DNA from: Phoronis australis
Lineage: Eukaryota; Animalia; Phoronida
Direction of reading: 5' to 3'
Length of the DNA stretch: 64,000 bases
NCBI GenBank assembly: GCA_002633005.1
Contig: NMRA01000001.1
Location: 1,335,755 to 1,399,754 of the forward strand
Shown here: one piece after another, positions 1 to 23,720 of the stretch
Layout: each line of letters opens with the position of its first letter
How positions within the stretch are numbered: position 1 is the stretch's first letter
Program-made: the position numbers and the translations under genes
The notes under the pieces: generated by a model
What the model was told of the DNA's origin: nothing
The model's database searches: none
The model's input: only the letters and a program-made list of their open reading frames with translations

Positions 1-206
1 TGCTAATAAAACAGAAGCAGTGTAATGAGTATATCCCAAGTGTAAAAATCTGGGCGGCCTGCCACGCCCCTTTTTGGTTCTACCACTCGTAATGTTGCCT
101 AAACTAACCGCCGCACACATTATCCAGACAGAAAAACCTCACGGCTACGCAAAAATTCCTTGTAAAAATGAATGCTCAATACACAAATTATTATTCTGTA
201 ACTTAC

Positions 207-320
207 TGCAAGTGGCCTGTGATCTCCCATGACCAAAGTTCAGCATTGCACCCTTTGTTGGGACACTGACTAACTCCCAGGTACTTCTGGATGGCAATGT
301 TGTCTTCTGGGATGATGGGC
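207..320 (-). CDS. RING/TRAF-ZF gene coding exon 3 (TRAF-like CPxxGC..H finger start)
   Basis: ttgaag|G CCC ATC...TTG CA|gtaagt, 114 nt, phase 2-2. Confidence 0.82.
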
Positions 321-3300
321 CTTCAAATTGAAGAGATAGATTATGAAAGTTCCTAAAACCCATAAGAGAACTAAATGCATTGCGTACCTGTGCTAAGCGC
401 TGGTAGAATGCAGCTGGCCCTGATTTAGAGAACCAGGCAACTACTGAATTACGGGACCATAATATCCGACCAGTGCCCATGTTCACTTATGCATACGACA
501 CATAACATTGAGCAAACTTGTTTCTAAGTTGAAAATTTCAAGGCCAACATACTTTTGCTCCACTTTCACCATTTGGCGATGTTCACCATTGTAGGGGACG
601 TTTCCAAAATTCCGTAAGACTTACCTGATCAAAGGAAAAGCATCCTTCAGTTGACAGTAAGGGCAGCAATCAAAACTTTTCTTGCGTAGTCCATCCTTTG
701 TATACAAACAATCTTCACATAAACGATGCTGACAAGCTCCATAAACCATACGCAGCCTTGGGTTGTAACACACAATGCAACCAAATCTACAGGAAATCAG
801 AGAAAAGATAAAGTAAAACCTGCTACATAAGCCAATGCACATGGCCTTGTATTCGAGTATGGTCTTACTATTCCTTGTATTTGAGCATGGCCTTATACAT
901 TCCGGGTTGTTTATATTCTGGCGTTAAGCTGAAAAGAAGCACAATCATTGTTAACTAGAGACCACTAGGAGCTTCATAAGACACAAGATTTTCAGCAAAT
1001 TATGCCTCACAATGATTAGAACATCAAAGTCATGTTCTTGTTAGTACCTTTAGCGCATAGAGGGTCACCTTAGGCGGCCGTCCTTGTCTTTAAATCCTTC
1101 CAACTCGAAGTCGAACAAATACTCCCGCTCTTTCTTTGAGCAGTCCTTCGTTCAGTTGCCCAAATCGGCAACTGGCCATTTTTAACACTGCGCGCGCTCC
1201 AGGCGGGTGTGGTAAAATAGGAAAACGTGCAGAGTAAAAATAGCCAGTTGCCTATTTGGGCAACTGAACGAAGGACTGCTCAAAGAAAGAGCAGGAGTAT
1301 TTGTTAGACTTCGCTTTGGAAGGAATTACAGACATCGACGGCCTCCTAAGGTGACCCTCTATGCGCAAAGTACTAATAAGAACGTGACTTTGATCTTTTA
1401 ATCAGTGTGAGGCATAATTTGTTAAAAAACTCCCAGCGTATGAAGCTCCTGTAGTAGAGACAGCTACACTAGAGATGGTGGTCACTGTCCAAACTGTAGA
1501 CAGTGACTCACCATTTTTAACACTGCACGCGACAAGTGGTATGACGTCATATCCCCCATATGGCAAGTTACCAATTTTGGAACTAACGAGGGACTGCTCG
1601 AAGAAAAAGTTTGATAACGGGAGTGTTTGTTCGAGTTGGAAGGAATTATATACAATGACGGCTTCCTAAGGTGTCCCTCTATGTGCAAAAGGTATTTATA
1701 ACAATGTGACTTTGAAGTTTTAGTCAGAGCAAGGCATAATTCACCGAAAAGCTTCCGGCGTATGAAGCGCCTACAGGAACTCCACTATCTATACTGGCGG
1801 TGCCAGTAGTAGGGAGGACAATCAAAAAGTAGGTCACAGAGATCCATATCTGCCTCCATGTAAAACCCACATCGGTAAATTACCCGATTTCAGACTTCAA
1901 AGTTAACTAGAAGACAATTTTTGTCATAAATCGTTACCTTGATCTTTATTTGTAAGTTTGTCATCTTTTTGTCACGAATTATCGCTGATAAATAATTTTT
2001 TGTAAGCTTTTTGTAGCGCACAATTTTCCACCATGCGTTCAACTTTCGAAAAAGTGCCTGTTGTTCCTCCAATCCAAAAGAGCATTATACTCTCGATTAC
2101 AAACATGAAATTTGGACAGGATGTAGCTTAGATGCATGCGCACCTCCTCAACTTCTTTTCTCAAAGTCAAGGCCAAGTTTTCATGGCGAGTTTTCGATTG
2201 TCCGGAAAGCCTAATTTTGATCAGTCAGGAGATTGATGTTTTTGCAGTTGCGCAATATGCCCCCCCCCCCCGATTTTTAGATGAAGAATTCATCACTCTT
2301 TTAATTGATAATTATTTCATTTTCAGAAATTTTGTCAAACTGCTGCGCATTGGCACTTTTCAAACAGTAGTCGTTAGTTCACTAAGTCGCCGCATGTCAG
2401 CGCCACCAGCGGCTACGTTGAAGTTAAATGGCATTGGATTTGCAACTTCACCATTCAAAATAAAGTTGTTACAAAGAGTTTTTGTTGCGTAAATGATGAA
2501 ATCCTTCATGTTAAGAGTGATTTGTTTTCCCAAATGATCTTTTGTTTACTGTCTGATGTTTTTTGCCATGATAAGATCTAATAGTACATGAGTGGCACTG
2601 CAGCACTGAAAAATGTGGGGCTATAGCCTCCAGCCTCCTATCGGGCTATGATGTGCTGCCCATGTAGTAGTACTCAGGGGCAGATCCAGGATTTTTAGTT
2701 AGGACGGGGGCCAGGGCAGAGTATTAGGCAGGATTTTACCCGTAAGATATTTGCACCCTCGAACTGCTAAATAAAATCTGGGAGTTTTAGGGGGGCCATG
2801 GATTGGCCCCCTTGCCCCCCCCCCACAAATCCACCAATGTTATCTTGTGGTATGATGTGAAATATCCTCCTAGTTCGGATGTATTTATTTCTAAGCTGAT
2901 GTGTTGTCTTTGCTCTTTTCCTTTTAAGCTGTGTAATCCATTGTTTTCACCAAACATGGGGTTGATGCTGAGCCTGTTCCATATGCTAACAACACACTTA
3001 AACATCAATATCTCTGTAGAAATCGATCCAAATTTTATATAATACATACTACTATGTTTGTTTCAACGAGACGAATCTTTTGATATGAAGCACACTTCTT
3101 TTATTTTTTACAAAATTATGTAAAAAGGCAGATATTTTACACATAATCATTGTGTTTCATAGGCAATGACCATCGCCTCTGTTGGCCTGAACCAGAGGCG
3201 ATGCAGCTCCTATAGGCGATCTGTACGCCGGAAGCTTTTCGGTGAATTATGACTCGCACCGACTAAACCATCAAAGTCACGTTGTTATAAATACCTTTTG

Positions 3301-4576
3301 CGCTTAGAGGAACACATTAGGAGGTTGTCGATGTGTTTAATTCCTTCCAACTCGAACAAATACTCCCGTTATGAAACTTTTTCTTTGAACAGTCCCTATT
3401 TCAGTTCCCAAAATCGTGAAATCAACATTTTCATTTTTTTAACCAGGCCGAAGGTCAGAAGTTGCGGTCCTACCGGCGAACTTTGAAAGCTGAAGTTCCC
3501 GCCCTTTGCTTACGTGCTGCCGGGAACCAGCCGTGCATTTGCCGTGTTGTTAAACATTAAAATGTCAAATATGTGCACAAAGACTATTAAATGTCATATC
3601 AACAGCATTTATTTTTATCAAATACAAACAATAATTCATTGAAATTCAATCAGTTTCAAGTAACACCAATTAAAGACAAGTATAAGTGGTGGCATTTTGG
3701 AAACGGACATTTGACTGACAAGACCGCAATGGCTCACCTATGGCCTATTTAAAGATTGAGGTCATGAAGTCACATCACCTAGCGAGCGCAGTAAAAATTG
3801 GAGCGTGCGCAGTATAAAAATGGTGAGTTCACGATTTTGGGAACTGAAATAGGGACTGCTCGAACAAAAAGTTTCATAACGGGAGTATTTGTTTGCGTTG
3901 GAAGGAATCGACAACCTCCTAAGGTGTTCCTCTATGCGCAAAAGGTATTTATAACAACGTGACTTTGATGGTTTAGTCGGTGCTTCCGGCGTACAGAGCA
4001 CCTATAGGAGCTGCATCGCCTCTGGTTCGGGCCAACAGAGGCGATGGTCATTGCCTATGTGTTTCAATGCCAATGCCCATTTTCTCGGTAACCACTCACC
4101 CAATTTTTATGATTTTTATACCATTTCATTTCTCACACCAAGGGCTTTTCAAAAATGTATAGCACATGGGCATTGCTAAAAAAATTAATGAAAACGTTAT
4201 CCTCCCTAGAAATAGTTGCTGTGACGCCCCATGCATAACAAGGCTACAAATCGTTCACAGTCCGCCATTTTTTTCACGGTGTTGTAAAGCTAACCACTGA
4301 CTGTTGAGGTTCCATCAACCAATGCTAAAGCGCGTGCCACTGCGTGACACCTGCGTGCTGGCTAGGCACGTAAGTCGTAGGGAACAGGCGAGTAGAGCCA
4401 GTGCAGTGGTCACCGCAACCGTAGTAATTCAAGAACTTGTTTGCAGTACTCAGAATACTCATTATCTACTTCTTGTGTTTTAAAAATTGAAAAGGAGATA
4501 AAAATATTCACCTGCTTTCGAAAGATTTTTGGATAACCCCACTGTAAGTCTTTGATGAACAGGATGGTGTCGACAT
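207..4576 (-). CDS. RING-HC (C3HC4) + TRAF-type zinc finger protein, probable E3 ubiquitin ligase; 3' part lies beyond the left edge of the window
   Basis: Exons 4576-4512, 786-625 and 320-207 join in phase through GT-AG introns: MSTPSCSSKTYSGVIQKSFESR/FGCIVC..CQHRLCEDC..CPYC..PLIR/PIIPEDN..CPNKGCNAELWSWEITGHL. Confidence 0.85.
625..786 (-). CDS. RING/TRAF-ZF gene coding exon 2 (RING-HC)
   Basis: cctgtag|A TTT GGT TGC...ATC AG|gtaagt, 162 nt; C-x2-C..C-x-H-x2-C-x2-C..C-x2-C pattern. Confidence 0.9.
965..1454. mobile_element. Non-autonomous foldback DNA transposon (long TIRs)
   Basis: About 230-bp inverted arms around a short spacer; imperfect 9-bp flanking repeat tagagacca (956-964) / tagagacag (1455-1463). 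Confidence 0.8.
1505..1778. mobile_element. Truncated copy of the same foldback family (spacer + right arm)
   Basis: Aligns by eye with 1175-1454 and 3800-4010. Confidence 0.7.
2587..2665. mobile_element. Tiny hAT-like MITE (CATG..GCAGCACTGAAAA..GCCCATG family)
   Basis: Same family at 18895-18971, 18976-19042 and 43335-43407. Confidence 0.55.
2675..2839. mobile_element. hAT-like MITE (CAGGGGCAGATCCAG..ATCCACCAATG termini)
   Basis: Imperfect terminal inverted repeat with G-run/C-run subterminal structure. Confidence 0.5.
3160..4057. mobile_element. Non-autonomous DNA transposon with long TIRs and exact 9-bp TSD (AcademH-like or MULE-like)
   Basis: Termini TAGGCAATGACCATCGCCTCTGTTGGCC / GGCCAACAGAGGCGATGGTCATTGCCTA; TSD TGTGTTTCA at 3151-3159 and 4058-4066. 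Confidence 0.88.
4512..4576 (-). CDS. RING/TRAF-ZF gene coding exon 1
   Basis: aaaaATG TCG ACA...AGC AG|gtgaat; phase 2 matches the next exon. Confidence 0.75.
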
Positions 4577-4852
4577 TTTTAAAGAGGCAAAGCTATATTT
4601 GGCGCCAAACGCAAAGTCTACTTTGACCTATATTTAAGACACGGTATTGGTCAATCAAAACTTTTAGTTAAGCAATTATCTCAAACTTCGCAACTTAAAA
4701 ACATCTAGATTTAATAATATGCCTTATAACTTCATTTTCAAAATTTATATCAAAAATTAATTCGAAAAAACAAAAAATATATCTTCATTGCTTCAAGCCT
4801 CGCTTTCGAATGAGAGGTGTTCCGGATTGAAAACAACAACTGTCCTCTGGTT
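4577..4852. promoter_or_regulatory. Bidirectional promoter/5'UTR region shared by the RING gene and ZFYVE21
   Basis: Divergent ATGs at 4576 and 4853; palindromic E2F-like TTTGGCGCCAAA at 4598-4609; ATTGG (CCAAT box) at 4646-4650. Confidence 0.65.
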
Positions 4853-16327
<11,475 letters not shown>

Positions 16328-18106
16328 ACATTGTATTCGCTGTATGAAGGTTACAACTGTTGCTGCCCTTTGCGTATGGTCATGGCATGACGTCTACTTG
16401 TTTTTGCTGCAGACGTTCTTGAGGAATAAATCACGAACTATATTTCAGCCAGACAACACAAATTAATAGGTTCTGTGTTATTAAACAAGGGTATTGTTTT
16501 TGTGAAAACAACCAGACTGTCTGATAGTTTTGCAAATAATGTAACTCTTATAATCTGTAGGAAAATTTCAGATTATCAACAATTACCTGAGCCACGTTTC
16601 CTGAAACTTTGTTTGTTATGTTGATATAAATGTAGCTTTATTCTTCTGAACTTAGATCGACTTTTATCCCATAGTTCTCAAGAAAATTCAAACTAGGGTT
16701 GAATTTTAATTTAAGGTATAGTGTGGTGGAAATGAGGATTTGTATTTCATCAAACTTCTCCACAAAAATATGTACTTTAAATTGAACTTTACAACTGCCC
16801 TTGAACAACACTCGCTAAAGTTTGGAGCATTTGCACAGTGTAGCAAGCTTTTGAATAATTTGGCACTGTTTTTGATATGAGTTGATTGATGTCTATACTA
16901 TAAGTATCTCTTCATGCAACGAGTGTCGTTATGGTTTTGGACAAACTGTGTTTCTTGATACAGGCCCCTGAGCAGGTGGAAAGTGATACTTGCTTTGGGT
17001 GTAGATAGATGTATCTTATTGTTGGACGGGTGAGCGTGGATTATCTGCTTCTGGCACTGGTGTACTCATGATGATGATTTAGTAATTAGGAAAGTGATCT
17101 TGTCTAGACCAAAAATAGCATACTCGGCCCTGGTTGTTGTTTTTTTTTGAAAATTGATGCGGTGACGTGTTTAGTTGTCCATAGTTTCAAAAAGAAAATC
17201 ATGCTGGGACCTAAAATGGGTCGGGATCCTGCTTTTGTTACCCAGCGCCACCTGGTGTCAGCCTTGAGGTGCATGTTTTAACGAGGATGCACACCAGAAA
17301 TAATTGTGCTATTTTTGGCCTAACATGATGTATCGCTGGAAGGTGGACCAGAAAGTGTCTGATTAATAAAAAGTATAAGTTTATTTTCGTATTTATTGTA
17401 GGTGTCTTGTTTATTATATACATAAGGTTGTTCAACCATCATTTGTATGAAGATATTTAACCAAACTGTACATAATACGTTGAGACCAAGTTAATCCATA
17501 GGTATGGTGTTTGATGGTCACGTGCTGCATTCATTTTGACTCAATCAATTAATAAGATACGTGGCTAATTGTCCTTTTAAGTAAACTGTCAGAAATAAAG
17601 AAGTCACAGAACTGATTGAAGTGTTGGACCATTGTTCTGAAAAAATGTTGTGTTACAAGTTTCAACATTATTCTCAGTGCTTAACTTATGAAGTGCTTTG
17701 AAATGTTATAAAAATTAGCTATTTCAGAATTTGTTTTTATGCGCTTTGATAAAAAATGAAAATATGAACTTAGGTAGTCGAACAAAAACATTGTGTTTAT
17801 CATGGTACTTGAGAGGAATCACAAAGCATTTCTTTTTTGTGTTTAATTGTGGACTCTGTCACCGGTTTTGACACTACACCGTTATTTCATAATTTTCTGT
17901 TATTCCACGTTTGTCATCTTTTGTAGTTGGATGTCACTAAATTGTAATTTCTTTGTATACAGATTACGACAAAGATGTTTCAAATGTTATGGAAAAGGTC
18001 TAGTACTCTAACAAATTTGTGCTTGGAGCGATTGTTTCCTTTAAAAAGTGCTTTAAATTATTATGATTCTCTTGGATTAAATGAATTACTTATATTTTGT
18101 TGTTGA

Positions 18107-18112
18107 AATAAA
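18107..18112 (+). terminator. Candidate distal polyadenylation signal of ZFYVE21 (3'UTR up to about 1.8 kb)
   Basis: AATAAA at the end of a U-rich tract with GT-rich sequence downstream; more proximal AATAAA copies also exist. Confidence 0.4.
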
Positions 18113-18385
18113 CCTACTGTTATATTAATACTACTTGGTGTCTTTACAAATTGGCTGTGCTTGCATTCTCATTCCCAGGTACAACTGGTAGATGTTTACT
18201 TAGAATTAATTATCTTATTTAAAATAATAATGTAAACACTACAATAGGTTAATATTAGGTGTCCACTAAATTTCTCATGTGGGATAACATGAAAAATGGC
18301 ATTACCGGTTTTGACCACTTTCTCTGTTTCATGAAGAGTGGTTTAAGACTCCAAGACAGAAATTTGATCTGGTACTCCCACTTCA

Positions 18386-18562
18386 CAATTGACCTATCGC
18401 CAGGATTTTGAGTGACGGCTTAACTGACCATTTAGAACGCAGCATTATTGACACACCTTCGTTTTCAAGCCGCATTTTTACCCGACAAACAACACGTTGC
18501 CGAGTAAAAGCTATTTGTTAGTCGACATTACACAAGGGGCGGAGCTTGCGATAGGTCAATTG
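18386..18562. mobile_element. Short MITE
   Basis: Inverted termini caattgacctatcgc / gcgataggtcaattg. Confidence 0.6.
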
Positions 18563-18894
18563 GTGAATAAAGGTCTAACCAAGAAATTATGAGCGCATCA
18601 CTGCGTAGAAAAAATTCGTAAGGATTATTTGAGTAACTTGCACTGTGTGTATATTCTCAGAGACTGCACTATAGCCCAAGTGATTTTTAATTATTTTTCG
18701 GAAATGGTTATGTGGGACTAAGACCAGATAAAAATCTTCACATTTCACTATTGAGATCTCTGCCTTTTGTCTCAGCTCTTTGGGACAGTTGGGACTTTGT
18801 TCTTTTCACACAGCCCAGTTGTCTTTCTCACAATTTGCGGGGGTATTTCCGGTCATTTGCAAGGTATCAAATCTTGACCCACACAGCGCCAATT

Positions 18895-19042
18895 CATGGA
18901 CTTCGTAGCACTGAAAACAGTGGGGTTCTATACCTCCCAGCCCCCCACCCCCCCGTGGTGCACCGCCCGTAGACCATAGGCGGCGCAGCACTGAAAAAGT
19001 GGGTGGCTCTAGCCCCCAGCCCCCTATGGTGCACCGCCCATG
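18895..19042. mobile_element. Two adjacent tiny hAT-like MITEs
   Basis: catggacttcgtagcactgaaaa..caccgcccgt followed by cataggcggcgcagcactgaaaaag..caccgcccatg. Confidence 0.6.
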
Positions 19043-19682
19043 CAGTTAGGCAAAGTGGAACGTCAAAGCGGAACGCGTAAGGCGGGTTAGCAGCTGTGAA
19101 TCTTTGAGTTGAACGCAACCAATGAACTCCTTTCGGTTCACGGTTTTATCACGTGTAATTGGGAACGCTAATTCGCCGTATTAATATAGAACATAACAAA
19201 GCGTTCACCCCAATCTGTGCTTTCGATCTATTAAATTTTCAATATGTAACCAAAGTAAATAGAATATCCAGCTGCTGCTCAATATCTCATTTTCAATTTG
19301 CAAAACGATAGAAAACGCAACCGTTGTTCAATACCGAAGTTTCAATTTTAATTTTCGTGCTCCAACTAGGATATTGAACAACAAAAATCGGATTTTCATT
19401 TTATGTTTTGCATCTTGACAATTAAATGAACATAATGCACCTCAGTTGATTCACCCAAACGTGAACCAAAAAGATGACTCTTAATGGTATTTTATGCAGG
19501 TGATACCTTATTGTCTTTGACTAGAATGTGTATTTGAGCAAGTATCAACAAAACTACAGATCAAAACCACAAGTATATATTCTGAAATTTAAAAAGTCTG
19601 TGTAATTTTATTTTTTACTTGATAACAATATACCATTAATTAGGTCATGTGACAATGACTATTAAAAGCTTCAATAGCAAAC

Positions 19683-22090
19683 CAGCTATGGTCCGAGGAC
19701 CATAAATAATAAAAACTAAAATTCGCAGTTTATCCTTATACTTGATTCTCCAAGTCAGTCTTCGACAACAGTCCGATCATAAACTTATATGACTGACACA
19801 ACTACGTACCCTACCGCTAGAAGCAGCGCTAAAGGACGGTAAGTAGTCGGCATGCACCAATCCGCCATCCGATCGCAGTACATCACCATCATCCAACATC
19901 GGCTTCAGATATAAGAGCTAGGTCTCTCGACGAAATGAGCTTCTTAGCAGTTAAAGCTTGTACTCATTGAGAAATGACGCTTGCTGTGCTTCAGTTATGA
20001 TTTCTAGTTCTGTTCCTGAAATCTCTTAAGTCTTCAACTCTTCGTGACATCGAAGTTGCGCAGGCACCTGGCAGTTGTTCAGAAAACAACGAACCCACGC
20101 CAGAACTCGCACCAATCTTTGCCAGCAAGAAAACCTCCCGGGCTGATGTCTCCAAGTGCTATCTTCGACGACCGATATTATGACATGGTTGCTTCTCGAG
20201 TCATCAACTCCAAGGATTCTCGACATAACTCTCTTTCTAATTTCTGGCCTGCTTCTGGGTTCGGGGAAATCTTCGTCTCAGGCCAATCTGACTGTTGCAG
20301 CTCCAAGAACTCGAGACCATTCCACCAGAGCATACTCTGTTGGCTATGAAAGGCTTGAAAGCTGGACCCTTGCCGCGTATCCACTAAAGCACGTTCATAC
20401 TGTCGGACTAAAACACCAAGAGATTTCTGTCAAACTTTAATCTATCAGCAACTGACAGTCCTAACCTCAAGTCCGTAACTGCTCCCATCAGTATCATCCT
20501 CGGGATGCTCTACAGCGTCAAGGTTGCTACTCTGGTCTTGCTTGCTACGAGTCGTGTCGACACTTGACCGTTGGTGTATTCATACATGTACCTGGCATAA
20601 ACAACTCTTCATAGGCATCTTCAGAAGCATACACAAACACAAACACAAGCAACGAGCTTGACAAGACTTCAACGTTGAGCTGAAGGCACCGAAATACCTG
20701 TTGGTGCAACTCTTCGAACCACTTCATGGCCTTAGCTGCATGATGGTGCTCCAGCTCATCGTCCCATTCTATACCTCACGTCTAAAGTTCCTGCAATAAT
20801 ATCTTGGCTCTGATGACAAAGGGTGCTGAAAAACCCATCGAGTCTAACATGGACGCTGTCTTGGCAAGAAAGCAGCGTTTCGTCAAAGGCTTTTGGCAAT
20901 CAGGAGCATTTGCCCTAAATGTGAAAACATCTTCTTGAGCAACCCAAGTCACGCCTAATGTTTTATAGCCGACAAGATTGGTTCGTCTAAATCTACTTCT
21001 GTAGCTCTATCTTGTGGCGGAATCTCTCTAAGGACGTCTTCGGAGTAGCGAAAGCCATTTCCTGGCACTCATCACAGCAGACCCCCATACCGGTGACCCT
21101 CCATATTTTCTCTCAAAGGTATCCTTCGCCAAGTCGCACGCCAGTGCTGAGTGGCCCAGGCCCTCGACGATTCTCAGTGGGTCACTGGACAGGTATTTCT
21201 TAAGTTGTAACGGTTTGTATTCAGCAGTCGCCGGCGTTTTGTCTACGCAAGCCAAGAAAGCTGCCTTCGAGCTAACGTACGTCTTTTTGTCGCTGTTGAA
21301 TGTAGGAACGGAAACTCTTGTAAGCTGCTTCCACATGTCTCTATCTATCTCGTTGTCAGCGAGACCTTCATACAGTTGGGTACGTTCAGTAGCTGCAATA
21401 CGACTTCCGCAATGATGGGATGAAACCTCTGGGACGGAGGTAATATGTTATTTTCTGTTTCATTTTCAACTTTAACAGCGTACGTGCTGCAGAAGGGCAT
21501 TACAGTGTTCTGCTTCCTCTGACACTGATAGGGTTTCACCAGCAAAGGACTCGCACTGCCTCTCCGCCCTGTCAAATTCTTCTTCGATTTTTCAGTCTCT
21601 TTGTTTATTTTGTCTACGTTTACGTTGTAACCACTTTTGACGCACGAGTCCGTCAGGTGGGCCAGAGCGTCTACTACGCTCTCATATGCGTCGAGGAGAT
21701 TATTTTTCAGTGTTGAAGTTCACTAAAGTTGGTGCCAGTGTCATACAAAGTGTCTGGCAACGGGTGACGACGTCTGGCGAATAGCGATTTGCATTTGGCT
21801 ATCGCCATTTTTAACTCCTTGATTTCTTTGTCTGCGTCCGGCGGAACGGAAACCTGGCGCTTGCGACCCATTCTCGATCACAGTAATGTTTCAACTTCAA
21901 TCACAGTTCTGTTGTAACCTTGCTCTGCTACCAAAGCTATGGTCCGACGATGAACATGTATAATAAAAACTAAGATTCCCAGTTTACCCTTATATTTGTT
22001 TCTCCAAGTCAGTCTTTGACAACAGTCCGATCAAAAACTTATGCGGCTGACACAACTACGTACCCTGGCGCTAAAGGCAGCACTAAACAC
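19683..22090 (-). mobile_element. Degenerate, internally deleted BEL/Pao LTR retrotransposon
   Basis: Diverged direct LTRs at about 19683-19880 and 21934-22090. Gag DUF1759-like ACVDKTPATAEYK.LQLKKYL..ERKYGG; pol remnants LGVTWVAQEDVF, APFVIRAKILLQ, YASEDAY, WWNGLEFL, RFSCWQRLVRVLAW; many frameshifts. Confidence 0.88.
21916..21933 (-). other. Primer-binding site complementary to the 3' end of initiator tRNA-Met
   Basis: TGGTAGCAGAGCAAGGTT directly inside the 5' LTR. Confidence 0.8.
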
Positions 22091-23435
22091 TTCTAAAGTA
22101 AAGGACAGTGAAGCGGTGGAGACTCTTGTAACTAGGTAACTAGACTTAATTAACTCAAATGAAACAAACAAAAATGATTAGGCAGTAGTAATAACAATCT
22201 TGATTTGAGTCTCATCAGTAATATAACCAATTGTCGTTTGATATCAATATTCAATTATAATATTTAATTATTTGATTTTCGTTTGATGCAGAATTTGATT
22301 TTTTTCATCAAAATCATAAAGCTCTATTTGATAGCCCTTCATGCAAAAGAAGTACTTAATTTCTAACAGCGTTTTCGACAGTAGTACAAAGTTTATGAAA
22401 GTTTAATATCAATCCGACAAGTCGTGCATTTCTTAGACATAACGTTCCAAAGTTAGACAAATGACATTTCCTAGGTTCCTACAAAACCTTTTCTTATAAG
22501 AACCATCTGAGTAACTGGAAACAATCCTAATCGGCTTCACAATTTCACACGAGTCGTAGTGTGCGGACGCGTAAGAGGAGTGACCGGTGACAATGAAATG
22601 GAAATAGCTACATTGTAATAATTAGCTTCTTGCTTTCATTTATCTTTAAAGGCACTCTTTACGCTTCATTTTAGTAAAACATTTTATAAAAGCAAGTTAG
22701 TTTAATCGATAATGCTCATTCAACCCAACTCCAAATATTTTCAAACTTAATTGAATTCAATATGATTTCTTAGTTTAATTTCTATTTTTAATGGTGCGCC
22801 ACCATTTAAAATGGCCGCCTGCTGGTACTATTTCCATAGCAATGATATTAAATTTGTTTCAAGATAGTTGTGCCGCTTCATTTTAGTTTGAAACGGATTT
22901 TGGCGCATGTTCGGCTTAATCAAAACTTAAGCCCAACTAATGCTAATTCAACATAACTAAATATAATATCTTAAACTACGATCTATCTAAATCCGAAATA
23001 GATGCTCAAACAATTTTGGTAAATAAATTTTGTCAATGTCTCAAAAATTAACAACTAGGGCTATCATTGATGTTATAATTAGATAAACTTAAACTTGCAA
23101 ACTACTTTCATCCAAAAATACTTCGAAAAACCGAAATTATCAGCAGATAAACTATCGTGACGTAAGATGCACGTTTGGTGGGACCACCTGCAATATAAAA
23201 TATGATAGTCATTGTAAGTCATATATTATGCTTACTTCGGATCGTTAAAATATGTTTCGCTTACAACCATGGAAGTCACTTCCTTCAATAACGTTAAAAA
23301 GTACTTTTAGAGCCTTTTAAAATGTTACGGTACATTGCTGACGAGAAAGGTAGTTTCCTTAAATAGAAGCCACAACACGGATTCGCATTCGTAGACAAAC
23401 GCTCTGCTGTCGAGTTAGATGAACGACAGAGTAAT

Positions 23436-23506
23436 TTAAGCGTATTTAACTTGTAAAGTGACGGGCCCATTAATTTCAGCGAATGCCTGGCAGACATCAA
23501 CCAGAA
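23436..23506 (-). CDS. Possible terminal laccase exon 16 (VLVDVCQAFAEINGPVTLQVKYA*)
   Basis: cgccag acceptor in phase 1 after TCAG|gtaaat; no homology support. Confidence 0.3.
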
Positions 23507-23720
23507 CTGGCGATTTGTAATAAAAGCACAAAAACATGAATTATTTGCTTATCTGGTTCTGGTCAAAACTCGGATAATTTTAAAAAGTGTGTCCCATTCC
23601 ACAATAATCTCAAAAATGCGTTTCTCGGCCAGTATATTCAACATGGTGGACTAGATTGGCGCCTGCGCACAACTTTTATACAAGATTTACATTTTACTCC
23701 GGACTTATCACAAAATTTAC

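Noticed and set aside
145-486. 113-aa ORF from the supplied track
   Set aside because: It overlaps the real exon 320-207 in a different frame and has no recognisable motif.
21916-21933. tRNA-Met gene
   Set aside because: Only the 18-nt 3' end including CCA is present, beside an LTR, so it is a PBS and not a tRNA gene.
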